64,000 nucleotides of DNA, taken from positions 84,074,001 to 84,138,000 of the forward strand of contig NC_086108.1 of NCBI RefSeq assembly GCF_963921235.1, in the 5' to 3' direction. Made by a program: the position numbers and the translations under genes. Positions within the stretch are counted from its first letter, which is position 1, and every line of letters begins with the position of its first letter. Origin of the DNA: Mobula hypostoma. Taxonomy: Eukaryota. This document shows positions 11,346 through 23,158 of the stretch, piece by piece. Under the pieces are notes generated by a model. That model saw only the letters and a program-made list of their open reading frames with translations, made no database searches and was not told the origin of the DNA.

Positions 11346-12630
11346 CAGTGGCATGCAAAGTTTGGGCACCTCTGTCAAAGTTTCTGTTACTGTGAATAGC
11401 TAAGCGAGTGAAAGATGACCTCATTTCCAAAACACATCAAGTTAAAGATGGCACATTTCCTTAATATTTTAAGCAAGATTACTTTTTTATTTCCATCTTT
11501 TACAGTTTCAAAATAACAAAAAAGAAAAAGGGCCAAAAGCAAAACTTTGGGCACCCTACATGGCAGTACTTAGTAACACCCCCTTTGGCAAGTATCACAG
11601 CTTGTAAATGCTGTTTGTAGCCAGCTAGGAGTCTTTCAATTCTTGTTTGGGGGATTTTCGTCCATTCTTCCTTGCAAAAGGCTTCTAGTTCTGTGAGATT
11701 CTTGGGCCGTCTTGCATGCACTGCTCTTTTGAGGTCTATCCACAGATTTCTGATTATGTTTAGGTCGAGGCTCAGTGAGGGCCATGGCAAAACCTTCAGC
11801 TTGTGCCTCTTGAGGTAGTCCATTGTGGATTTTGAGGTGTGTTTAGGATCATTATCCTGTTGTAGAAGCCATCCTCTTTTCATCTTCAGCTTTTTTTTTA
11901 CAGCCGGTGTGATGTCTGCTTCCAGAATTTGCTGGTATTTAATTGAATTAATTCTTCCCTCTACCTGTAAAATATTCCCCGTGCCACAGGCTGCAACACA
12001 AGCCCAGAGCGTGATCGATCCACCCCCGTGCTTAACAATTGAAGAGGTGTTCTTTTCATGAAATTCTGCACCCTTTTTTCTTCAAACATATTTTTGCTCA
12101 TTGTGGCCAAGATGTTCTATTTTAACTTCCTCAGTCCACAGGACTTGTTTCCAAAAGCATCAGGCTTGTTTCAATGTTCCTTTGCAAATTCCTGACACTG
12201 AATTTTGTGGTGAGGACGCAGGAAAGGTTTTCTTCTGATGACTCTTCCATGAAGGTCATATTTGTGCAGGAGTCGCTGCACAGTAGAACAGTGCACCACC
12301 ACTCCAGAGTCTGCTAAATCTTCCTGAAGGTCTTTTGCAGTCAAATGGGGGTTTTGATTTGCCTTTCTAGCAATCCTATGAGCAGTTCTCTCGGAAAGTT
12401 TTCTTGGTCTTCCAGACCTCAACTTGACCTCCACCGTTCCTGTTAACTTCCATTTCTTAATTACATTACGAACTCAGGAAACGGCTACCTGAAAATGCTT
12501 TGCTATCTTCTTATAACCTTCTCCTGCTTTGTGGGCATCATTTATTTTAAATTTCAGAGTGTTAGGCAGCTGCTTAGAGGAGCTCATGGCTGCTGATTGT
12601 TGGGACAAGGTTTGAAGAGTCAAAGTATAT
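11346..12630 (-). mobile_element. Tc1 transposon, 5'-truncated, transposase pseudogene
   Basis: TIR cagtggcatgcaaagtttgggcacc at 11346. Fragments GEGYKKIAKHF, RSGRPRKLS, LQQDNDPKHTS and WPSLSLDLNII (DDE region). Confidence 0.92.
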
Positions 12631-13740
12631 GTTGCCCACCATTCAAACCTGTTCATTGATGATGCCATACCCTCAGCCGTCCATACTGTCCTGTCCCACC
12701 TAGAAAATGATGTCTCATACGCCAGGATGTTGTTCATCAACTTCAGTTTGCTCTTTAACTCAATCACCTCTCAGAGGCTGGTGGGTAAACTGTCCTTGTT
12801 GGGACTCACACCCGTCTCTGTAACTGGATCATGGACTTCTTGACAGAAAGACCCGTCAGAGCTGGCAGCAACATCTCATGCTCCGTCACGTTGAGCACCG
12901 GTGCCCCCCAGGACTGTATGCTCAGCCTGCTGCTGACTCAAGACTGCACAGCCAGATCCAGCTCAATTCACATCAGCAAGTTCACTGATAATACTACAGT
13001 GATTAGCCTTATCAGCAACAGTGATGAGTTGGCATAGAGAGAGGAGGTAGTGAGGTTTGTTAAATGGTGCAAGAACAACAGCCCAAGTGTTAACATGGAT
13101 AAGACAAAAGAGATGACTGTGGACATCAGCATGATGCAGGTTGACTACTCTCTGTTGCACATCAATGGCTCTGTCATTGAGGGAGTGAAGAGCACGAAGC
13201 TCCTTGGTGTGCGGAAAATGATTGATCTATCCAAGACCTACACACTTCCCCACTAGTCAAGAAGGCACAGCGGCATCTACACTTTCTGGCGAGGTTGAGA
13301 TGTGCAAGGCTCCTTCCCCCATTCTAACACTTTCTCCAGGAGCACCAGAGAGTGTACTGTCTGGCTGCATTATTGCGTGGTACAGAAGCTGCAAGGCACT
13401 GGACTACAATACCCTAGAGAGGATAGTAAAAACTGCCAAGAGGAATACCGGGGTCTCCCTCCCCCTATTTGTGATATTTACCCGGAGCTTTGCAGATGAA
13501 GGGCCTGAAGCATTGTTCAGGATCCCTACCATCCATCCCACAGTTGTCAGGAAGGAGCTTCAGAGACATCAGGAGTAGAACTGCCAGATTAGGTAACAGC
13601 TTCTTTTCTCAAGCTGTGGGATTAATGAATACCCTGCCACCAGCAAGGTCTCATCAGTGGGACAGGTGCTGTTTACTGTTTACCTGTGCTGTGCACTACA
13701 TGGATTTTGAATTATATACTTTTTTTGCTATTTGCTATTT
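12631..13740 (+). mobile_element. Rex1/Babar-type LINE fragment, decayed
   Basis: [50 protein letters not shown]. Confidence 0.85.
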
Positions 13741-13759
13741 GGTATCACAACATCCAGTG

Positions 13760-15890
13760 TTATGACTATACTGGAACAGTCTCGTTAAAGGTTCGTTTCA
13801 GGTTTCTATCATGGTTGGGATTTTATGAGAAAGCCAGAACGAATCACTTATTTGGCACTTCTAGCTGTAGATGGCCGTGAATTCTTCAACCCTGTATTCA
13901 GCACTCACACATTAGGCCCCTCCTTGGTAGAGGATGCAGATATTTTCAGAGTTTCCTTGTCCATTACCTATTTAATTGTCCATCTGCATTCATGGTCAGA
14001 TGTGATCAGAACCATTGGTTGTGTAGGTGGCGTAAGTGCCAGCTCCTCCCTCTGCATGCTTGTGGTGTAGCCCACATAATCATTCTGAGATGTTCCTTGT
14101 GCTGCTCCCCAAATACCCTTCTGAACTCCTCAATTAACCAGTATGATCCCCTGTATTGATAGTAATGGAAGCTGAGGGATATGCCAAGCCTTGATTTTAC
14201 AGATTGTGATTTCTGTTGCTGCCAGTAGTCCACAGCAGCTCCTGGATACCAGTTTCAATGGCCAAATGTGTTCCTAGTCTTGTTTCTGAAGCCACAAAAC
14301 ACACTGGGTGGAGTGTTGAGCTTTCGTCTCCACAGAGGTTCTGCAACGGTCTTTTCTGCCACCCCAATCATACATCTTCTCCAGATGGACTGGTGAGAAA
14401 AAGATCAAGGAGCTGTAACTGTCATGCTGGTTCAGTCCATGCCTATCACTGAACAAATATGGCAACAACATTCTTCAGAACTCAGCCACTTAGCGTGTGA
14501 AGGTGCAGTTAAGCCAGGGCAGGAGATTTCAGTGTTCTTCCTAGCTCTCGATACTTACAGTGGTATGCAAAAGTTTGGGCACCTCTGGTCAAAATTTCTG
14601 TTACTGCGAATAGCTAAGCGAGTAAAAGATGAACTGATTTCCAAAAGGCATAAAGTTAAACATACCTTTGCTCATTGCAGCCAAAAAGTTCTATACAAAA
14701 GTTTCAAAGGAACATCTAAACAAGCCTGATGCATTTTGGGAACAAGTCCTGTGGACTTATGAAGTTAAAATAGAACTCTTTGGCTGCAATGAGCAAAGGT
14801 ATGTTTGGAGAAAAAAGGGTGCAGAATTTTATGAAAAGAACCCCACTCCAACTGTTAAGCATGGGGGTGGATCGATCATGCTTTGGGTTTGTGTTGCAGC
14901 CAGTGGCACGGGGAACATTTACTGGTAAAGGGAGGAATTAAATACCAGCAAATTCTGGAAGCAAACATCACACCGTCTGTAAAAAAGCTGAAGATGAAAA
15001 GAGGATGGCTTCTACAACAGGATAATGAACCTAAACACACCTCAAAATCCACGATGGACTACCTCAAGAGGTGCAAGCTGAAGGTTCTTCTATGGCCCTC
15101 ACGGTCCCCTGACCTAAACATCATCGAAAATCTGTGGATAGACCTCAAAAGAGCAGTGCATGCAAAACGGCCCAAGAATCTCACAGAACCAAAAGCTTTT
15201 TGCAAGGAAGAATGGGCGAAAATCCCCTAAACAAGAATTAAAAGACTCTTAGCTGGCTACAAAAAGTGTTTACAAGCTGTGATACTTGCCAAAGGGGGTG
15301 TTACTAAGTACTGACCATGCTGGGTGCCCAAGCGTTTGCTTCGGGCCCTTTTCCTTTTTTGTTATTTTGAAACTGTAAAAGATGGAAATAAAAATGTTTT
15401 CTTGCTTAAAATGTTAAAGAAATGTGTCATCTTTAACTTTATGCCTTTTGGAAATCAGTTCATCTTTTACTCGCTTAGCTATTCACAGCAACAGAAATTT
15501 TGACAGGGGTGCCCAAACTTTTGCATACCACTGTATAATGCATCTTCAGAATGGAGAAAATCTAACCTATCAACTTAGTAAAGGCCACCATTGATAATCG
15601 GCTTTGCCTGCTCCTGAAACATCATGGTGTCTGCAATCAATGTTGTTTACTTCAGCAACCCAACTACGACACTGCTGTCAGTACAGGGCATACATAGGGA
15701 GTGAGGTGAATTGGTCTGACACATTGAATATCACTATGTCAGGTTAATGCTTGATTAGTTGTTGGAAAAGCTCTTCTAATTTATACATCATCCCTGAATA
15801 TTTATGAGGAGAACTCTGTAAAATCGATCAAACTGGATTGACTTTGTCCCAAATCAGCATTTGAACACAGCAGTAATGGTGTAACTGAAT
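13760..15890 (-). mobile_element. Very old LINE endonuclease-region remnant (13760-14555 and 15536-15890), interrupted by Tc1
   Basis: Minus-strand peptide traces such as LLDLFLTSP...RTSVETK resemble APE-endonuclease C-terminal motifs. Heavily decayed. Confidence 0.35.
14558..15533 (+). mobile_element. Internally deleted Tc1 transposon (same family as 11346-12630)
   Basis: TA TSDs at 14556-14557 and 15534-15535. TIRs cagtggtatgcaaaagtttgggcacc and ggtgcccaaacttttgcataccactg. VLWTYEVKIE, TVKHGGGSIMLW, QQDNEPKH, WPSRSPDLNIIENLW. Confidence 0.95.
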
Positions 15891-16458
15891 AGCATTTCTT
15901 GGTCTTCTGAGCAGCTATTTAAGAATCATCAGCGGCAGATTTGCTACCCCAATGGTAGTAATGAACTAGATGAGTTCTTACAATAAAATTTCTAGTCACT
16001 TTTACTTAGTATTTTTCAAATTTTCAGATAATGAAGTGAATGAAAATTACAGAGCTGCATGCTGAAATTTGAACCCAGGCCTCCTGATTATTGGTCTGCT
16101 AATTTAACCTCAGTGCCACCACTGTATAATTATCAAAGCAATTGTCACTCACCAGTGACCCAAATGCTTGAGTTCAATCTTGAAATGCCAACATTTGTCA
16201 CGGATAGGCAGTTTCTGGAATTATGCCCACAATGTGTTTGACACTCAGCTTTAAATGGTAATACTTTAAACCCTAACAAACAATGGGACTAAAAGTCAAA
16301 CAAGCATAACATTTACTTTTCCAGCTCGCTACTGGCGCAGTACCGACTGGCAACATTTCAACAATTTGTAACCATGCTTTACTGGGAATAAAAGCAGCCA
16401 GCAGTGCCAATGAACTTCTTAATCAGAATCAAATCTTTTAAAACCTCATACAGTTTTA

Positions 16459-16553
16459 TCCTGATGAAGGGTCTCGGCCTGAAACGTCCATTGTTCACTC
16501 TTTTACATAGATGCTGCCTGGCCTGCTGAGTTCCTCCAGAATTTTGTGTGTGT
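16459..16553 (+). mobile_element. Penelope-derived terminal repeat with intact hammerhead core
   Basis: CTGATGA-agggtctcggcct-GAAACGTC at 16461-16488, followed by the family 3' sequence. Confidence 0.8.
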
Positions 16554-17429
16554 TACAAATTTACTTCCTCAAGCAAAGTGCTGGACCAAGCCAAGATCAC
16601 GATTGGTGGACTATTTCATATTTTGACCAGATTACACTTTCAGCACTGGTGTGTATTCGTTACGCTCATTCAGCAGGGTCCTTTCCACTCCCATTCGTTC
16701 GCTATCTGATTTTGAGGCCGTAATTGCAAGGTTATTAACTCGGACCAGAGATGGGATACTGTAATTTACTTGTGGTAGCAGCAGAGTAAAGATCGGCAAG
16801 TCAAGTACATAGAAGTCTCTATCTAATACCAAAATCGATGTGTTCCACCTGCATTTAGTTAAGAGAAAGCTGCAGAAGTTTTACTTTATGAAAGCAGCTG
16901 TTGCCAAATTACGCTGCTGAAACATCCCCTCTGGCAGTGACTGATCACATTGAACAAAACTACAGGGTTGGTCTAAGCTGCACAGGGGAAATCTATAATA
17001 CAAAGCAAATGGCTGCATACAGAAGCATCCCCAACCCTTGACCATCCACACATAGAACATCCACATATGCTGCGCCTACAAAAGCTGGGAATTCTGCGGG
17101 ATCCCTCAAGCAACAAGCAATCGAGATAAGAATACATCCACTATCACTGTCAGGTGTACCTGATTGTCCATACTTCGTGAATTATAAAAGATTTTCTCAT
17201 CGAAGCCCATCACTTCTATTTCCCATGTTCTCAAAAATGATGTGATTTTCTCCACATTCTCTTGATTTAAGAAGCTAAGTTGTGCACCGTCTGTGTGGTG
17301 CTAATACGATCCATAAAGGAAGTTGTCTAGGAATGCCTAACAGAAGCATTACATAAATCTGAATAAGACACACATGGAATTTGGGAGGTGGGAAGTGGGG
17401 GGAATATTTTGGGGATTGAGATTTGTTTC

Positions 17430-18455
17430 CTGTCCAGAGAACAAAGATTCGGAATAAACAAGTCATTTTCAGAATGGAAGACGGTGACTAATGGGGTGCA
17501 ACAGGGATTGATGCAGAGGCCCCAGCTGTTCAGTGATTTGAAGGGGCCAAATATTTCCAAGTTTGTTGATGATGCAAAGCCAGATGACAGTGTGGCCTGT
17601 AAGGAGCTTGCAGAGGCACTTCAGAAAGATGGAGATATGCTATGTTACTGAGTACGGATGTGGCAGATGGAGTATATTGTGGGGAAAAGTGTGAGATCAT
17701 CCATTTTAGTAGAAGAAGAGAAGGGTGGAGCAATTTTTTAAAGTTTCAGAGGGACTTGAGTATCCTGGTGATCATATCACTGAAGTTAACAACGAAGTTC
17801 ATCAACCAATTAAGGCGGCAAATGGCCTGTTGGCATTTATTGTAAGAGGAGTCCAGTCCAAGGGTGAATATTTTTTACTGCAGTTATGTCGGGTCTTGGT
17901 GAGATGGCACCTGGAATATTATCAACTGATCTTATCTCTCTTCCTATATACATGTGACAGAGAGAGACTACAGCAGAGGTTCATCATATTAATCCTTAGG
18001 ATTATTGTTGGGGATGGGTAGGAGAGCGGTGTGGACTTGTCCTTTGAGGAAAGATTACACAGATTGGCTCTTTACTCTTTTTAGAAAAATGAGAAGTAAT
18101 CTTACTGAAACATAATGTGTTTGATGTGCTAGGCGCTTAGACGATATGCCTGGCTGGGGTCATAGTCTCAAAGTAAAAAGTTGGTCATACAGAAGGGAAG
18201 GAAAATAAATTTCTTCACCATGACAAGGTGAATCTTTGAAATCCTTTACTTAAGGATGATGCTGTTTAGTCATTAAGCATGCTTAAGACAGAGACAGAGA
18301 TCAAGACAAGAGAGGTTTTAGAAGTTAAGGGAATCAGGGATGCAGGAGCTACTGTAGGAAAGCAGTGTTGAGGTAAAAGATCAGCTGAGCTCTGACCTGA
18401 ATGTAAGAGCAGATACAAGGAATGAGTTATTCCTTCTTCTGTTTCTCAAGCTCTT
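17430..18455 (+). mobile_element. Old CR1 LINE 3' portion (RT and 3' UTR), decayed
   Basis: SFSEWKTVTNGVQQG, ISKFVDDAK, KAANGLLAFIVRG, LVRWHLEY. Confidence 0.85.
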
Positions 18456-18579
18456 ATTGAACTCACTGCTTCTGCACTCCATTGCCAATTATTAATCCAA
18501 GCAACTCATGGGCACTCCCTTTGACAGCTAGCACCTGCTTTATACATTAGAAAAGTTTACCTCAAACAATAATTAAAAG

Positions 18580-18742
18580 GAGACACAAGAGACTGCAGAC
18601 GCTGGAATCTGGAGCAATAAACAACAGGCTGGAGGGATTCAGCAGGTTAGGCAGCTTCTGTGGAGGGAAATGAACACTTGACATTTCAAGTTGAGACCCT
18701 TCACTTTGACCCAAATTGTCAAGCGTCTATTTCCCTCCACAC
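18580..18742. mobile_element. Penelope-derived palindromic remnant
   Basis: acacaagagactgcagacgctggaatctggagcaa...gtggagggaaat...atttccctccac inverted arms. Confidence 0.6.
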
Positions 18743-19878
18743 TAATTAAAAGAAGTCTGTTACTCCTGATCCTTGAAATTTCACATTCTTTATGGAGTTT
18801 CAGAGACAATCTACTACACAGCACTATCAAATTCTATAGAAAGGAAAGCAATATTGTCGTGAGCAGTTGAGACACAAAATTGGGTTTAAAGATGTGGGAG
18901 GCAGTCAGAACAAATTCCTGAGATTCAGAGGTTGAGAATGGATATGCAGAGCAGGAGACTTGAACAACATCCCTATTTCAATATTGCGCAGATTAGGGAG
19001 GAAATGTAGCAAAGTACCCAAGCGTTAAGTTTTGTGAGATTCTGACTTTCTCCTTCAACTCCAGCAGAAGCTTCAGAGACATAAAGAAAACAGCTGCCAG
19101 GATTACCCTCCAAAGATACTGCAGAGGAATGAATCCCTGTAGAACCTAAAGCACACATGTGCAGAAGAGAGAACAACCAAAAAGAAGAACTGGCCAGAGC
19201 TCCCTTTCCTGAAAACCAGAAAATTAAGAAGAAATGTCACTTCTGAGAGTTTATAATGACATATGATTCCATGTTTCTCAACTTCAGAAGTCTGGAATGA
19301 AAATCCTTACATCTCCCTTACATGGGTAATCAGAATGCAGTAGTGATTCATTACCTTGTTAAATCTGACCTCAAATCGCCACTGGATACATGCTCAACAC
19401 TGCTCTCCAAATTGCACTTATACATCACAAATGATTTGAAGGTCTTGGCAGCTAAAATGTATCTCATTAAAGCCACAGCTTTAACTTGCAATTCTCTATT
19501 TATTCATATTGATTTTGCAAATTTTTGAAGTAGAAAAATGTATATCTATTTTACATATGAAATCAATCCTGAATTATGCCCCCAGCATCAACTATAAATG
19601 TGCACATCACAGATGATTGACAAACATGCAGGAGAAAACTTTAAGTGGCACACCTTACTGCAAATTAGCAGCAGATTCATTCTTAATGCTTTGCATAGTC
19701 TGAATAGATAATGCATTGAGGAAAGTACATATTTCAAACAAAGCATTCACTATCCTGGGAGAAGGTCCTCATGTCAATAACTGATTGACATTATGAAAGT
19801 AGAAAAGTATGTGGTCCCCCTGGAACCCTCAATTTGAGCACTTTGCTATCTATCTCATTATATCAGATTAGTATTGTA

Positions 19879-19970
19879 CATAAGACATAGGAGCAGAACT
19901 AGGCTATCTGGCCCATCGCGTCTGCTCCGCCATTCAATCATGGCTGATCCTCTTTTCCTAACTCCTCCTC
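19879..19970 (-). mobile_element. CR1 3' tail fragment
   Basis: cataagacataggagcagaa...ctccgccattcaatcatggctgat, as at the CR1 ends at 50066 and 52568. Confidence 0.7.
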
Positions 19971-20703
19971 ATAAGAAGTTGGTCATTCCTTTGGATGGTC
20001 TATTTAGACTATCCAAAACATAAAGAATGTAGCTGCAATTTCATAACGGTTTGTGAAAAACTGCACTTATCCGAAATCCTTTCTGAAAGCCTCTTTTCTA
20101 TCAGTTCTGTGATAGAATATCAGCCAGAATCCTAGTTTAGAGAGGAATTTAACTTAATTGGCCAGAGAATTGTCAATGATTCCAAGAAAGTAAAGTTAAA
20201 AACAGGTCAGATAAGACAGTATGGAACTTTAGAGTCAATTTGTATTTCTTCCAGAACTTCCACCCCATGGCATACCATTTCTTGAAGCTCTGAGGTTCCA
20301 TTGCTTTTTTTGTGCACATCAAGCCACAATGCTATTGTTTTAAAAAATGAGCATTCCAATTGAATAAAGATTCTTGCTGCTTCATTATTCCTGTTGCCTG
20401 CTTCAGATGCATTTTTCGTGCTGACTAATATAATCAAACTCTTCTCCCATCAGAAAGTTTATTAGGACCCACAGCTGTGATGTGAAGAAAAAGTAAACAC
20501 AAGCAGAAACTCGAAATAACTTCAACTACCAAAGCTTCCAACACTAGATAAAAGGTCATCAAGCAAATTGCACTAGCCTGTCTCAATGAAAGTATAACTA
20601 CGGTGAGTTTTAAAAATTTAATATCACACAAGTGAAATAATACACAAACACACATAAAAACATAACATTTCTCCAGTCATTTTATTTTATTTTCCTTCTA
20701 CTC

Positions 20704-21899
20704 CAGGGGTCCCCAACCTTTTTCGCACTGTGGACCGGATTATTATTGACAATATTCTTGCGGACCGGCCGACCGGGGGGGCGGGGGGTGGGTAGGGTTG
20801 CCAACGGACAAAAGTAGCAGTCAAATACGTTCTGTTTACCCCAAAAAGACTACAATGACCATGAAGCCTTGCGCGGGCACCAGTGCGCATGCGTGTACAT
20901 GTGGATTTTTTTCTACAAATCGCTTTTGGCGATTCTGTTTGGGGGGTGGGGGGAGTGTTAATCACGACCGGAATATAGGTGATAAGTGGCTAATACACTC
21001 AATTTCGTTTCTAAAAGGGTTTATCTAATGAATTTAATATTAAACACACAGCGCATATTTTCCTCGCATGAATATAGCGATAAGTCAATTATCAGGGGAA
21101 GACAGGGGAGCTTGAAGTAAGTGTTGAACGAACTTCCAGTAGAAGTGGTAGAGGCAGGTTCAATATTATCATTTAAAGAAAACTTGGATAGCTATATGGA
21201 CAGGAAAGGAATGGAGGGTTACGGGCTGAGTGCAGGTCAGTGGGACTAGGTGAGAGTAGCGTTCGGCACGGACTAGAGGTGCCGAGATTGCCTGTTTCCA
21301 TGCTGTAATTGTTATATGGTTATATGGTTATATAAGTCAATAGCAACTTAACATTTTAAGTAACGTTTGGATATTAAACACACAGCACATATTTTCCCCG
21401 TATGAACATATAAAATCATTGCAACACACCAATATCGCTGAATCAGTGGGAGCCCCGGGCTTGTTTTCCTGCAACAAGACGGTCCTATCGAGGGGTGATG
21501 GGAGACAGCGATACTCAAAAGGGGTTCCTTATGTCCAGTCTATTCCGCAATTTAGTTTTCGTTGCATTCATTGCAGAGATATGTTGGAAATGGAAGCAAC
21601 GTTTTCAGTGCTTTCGTGGCTATCTCAGGATACTCAGCCTTGACTTTGATCTGGAATGCCAGCAGAGATGTTATATCAAACATACTTTTCAGCCCGCCGT
21701 CATTTGCAAGCTCGAGGAGTTGATCTCCTTCCCGCGCTGACATGGATGACGCGCGGGTAATGACCTTGCGTGTGTTCAAGCTCAACAGTGGGCGTGACAG
21801 GGAATGAGGAAAGGTGCAGCTGACACATATCGCCAAATCATATCGTTTCCTCACGGTCCGGTAGCACCTGCTTTGCAGCCCGGTGGTTGGGGACCGCTG
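20704..21899 (-). mobile_element. Non-autonomous hAT (Charlie/Buster-like) element carrying a CR1 3' fragment
   Basis: TIRs caggggtccccaacc and ggttggggaccgctg. 8-bp TSD ttctactc/ttctagtc. Minus-strand EYPEIATKALKTLLPFPTYLC is a hAT dimerisation-domain remnant. CR1 3' end with gttatatg repeats at about 21115-21333. Confidence 0.9.
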
Positions 21900-22144
21900 T
21901 TCTAGTCATTCCTTTCCTTAGTCTAAAGGGTGATCACGAAACAAGCTATTAAAACTGATTTCAACAAGCTTTGCACAGGTCATGGCAGAATATACCCCTG
22001 TCCATTGAGGGGAAAGTTTCCTTCAGATTAGCATCAGTTCAGTGAAAACCACTGAGCAGATAATTCCGCATGCTCACTGCTTAGGATCAGAGAAACCTAC
22101 AGAGGATTGTAAACTCAGCCAGGTCCACAATGGGTACCAGTCTT

Positions 22145-22152
22145 CACACACA

Positions 22153-22213
<61 letters not shown>

Positions 22214-22233
22214 ATATATATATATCTATATAT
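22145..22233. repeat. (CA)n-(TA)n microsatellite
   Basis: Directly visible. Confidence 0.95.
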
Positions 22234-22599
22234 AAAATTCTTACTGTCATTTATAGTACATTGCCTTACCACTGCCATAAAACAACAAATTTCACGACAT
22301 ATGCCAGTGATAATAAACCTGATTCTGATCACTCAAACAGGAGCACAGAGGAGCTGGTGTGCAAATGAATCCATGAGCTAACACCATCATGTTGTAAGTT
22401 TCCTTTGTTTTATTAGTGTTGTTATTTAGCAGACAGAATTTTTCCCCACCATGGGTAGCTTAAGGTCATGTTAAAATTTCACAAGAATTAATGGGAAAAA
22501 ATCTTTTAACATCTTTAGGAAAATCTTAAAATGCAGAGTTTTAAGGTAGTGTTCTTTTACCATGTGCAAGTGATTAGCTATGAAACTTGATGTTCTAAC

Positions 22600-23158
22600 A
22601 TGACTGTGTGGCTAGGTATAGTTCAAATACCATCTATAAATTTGCTGATGGTACAGCTATTGCTGGTTGAATCTCAGATGGAGACAAGAAGGCGTACAGT
22701 GGCGAGATATACCGACGAGTGGAGTGGTGCCACGGCAACAACCTGGCACTCAACGTCAGTAAGACAAAAGAGCTGATTGTGGACTTCAGGAGGAACACAT
22801 ACCAATCTTCATAGAGGGATCAGAAGTGGAGAGAGTGAGTAGCTTCAAGTACATGGGTGTCAAGATCTCTGAGGACCTAACCTGGTCCCAACATACCGAT
22901 GCAGCTATAAAGAAGGCAAGACAGCGACTATACTTCATTAGGAGTTTGAATAGATTTGGTATGTCAACAAAAACATTCAAAAACTTCTATAGATTTACCG
23001 TGGAGAACATTCTGTTTTTGCATGATTTTTACACACACACACTGCTATTTATTTATTTATTTATTCCTTCCTTCCTTCCATATTATGTATTGCATTGAAC
23101 TGCTGCTGCTAAGTTAACAAATTTCATGACATGCTGGTGATAGTAAACCTGATTCTGA
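22600..23158 (+). mobile_element. Rex1/Babar-type LINE fragment, internally deleted, with 3' tail
   Basis: [39 protein letters not shown]. Tail aaacctgattctga. Confidence 0.85.

Noticed and set aside
20765..20800. G-quadruplex-like G runs (also 41005-41095)
   Set aside because: Lie within or beside transposon remnants, with no evidence of function.
22042..22381. His/Thr-repeat and Val/Cys-repeat ORFs (also 8590-9020)
   Set aside because: Translations of dinucleotide microsatellites.
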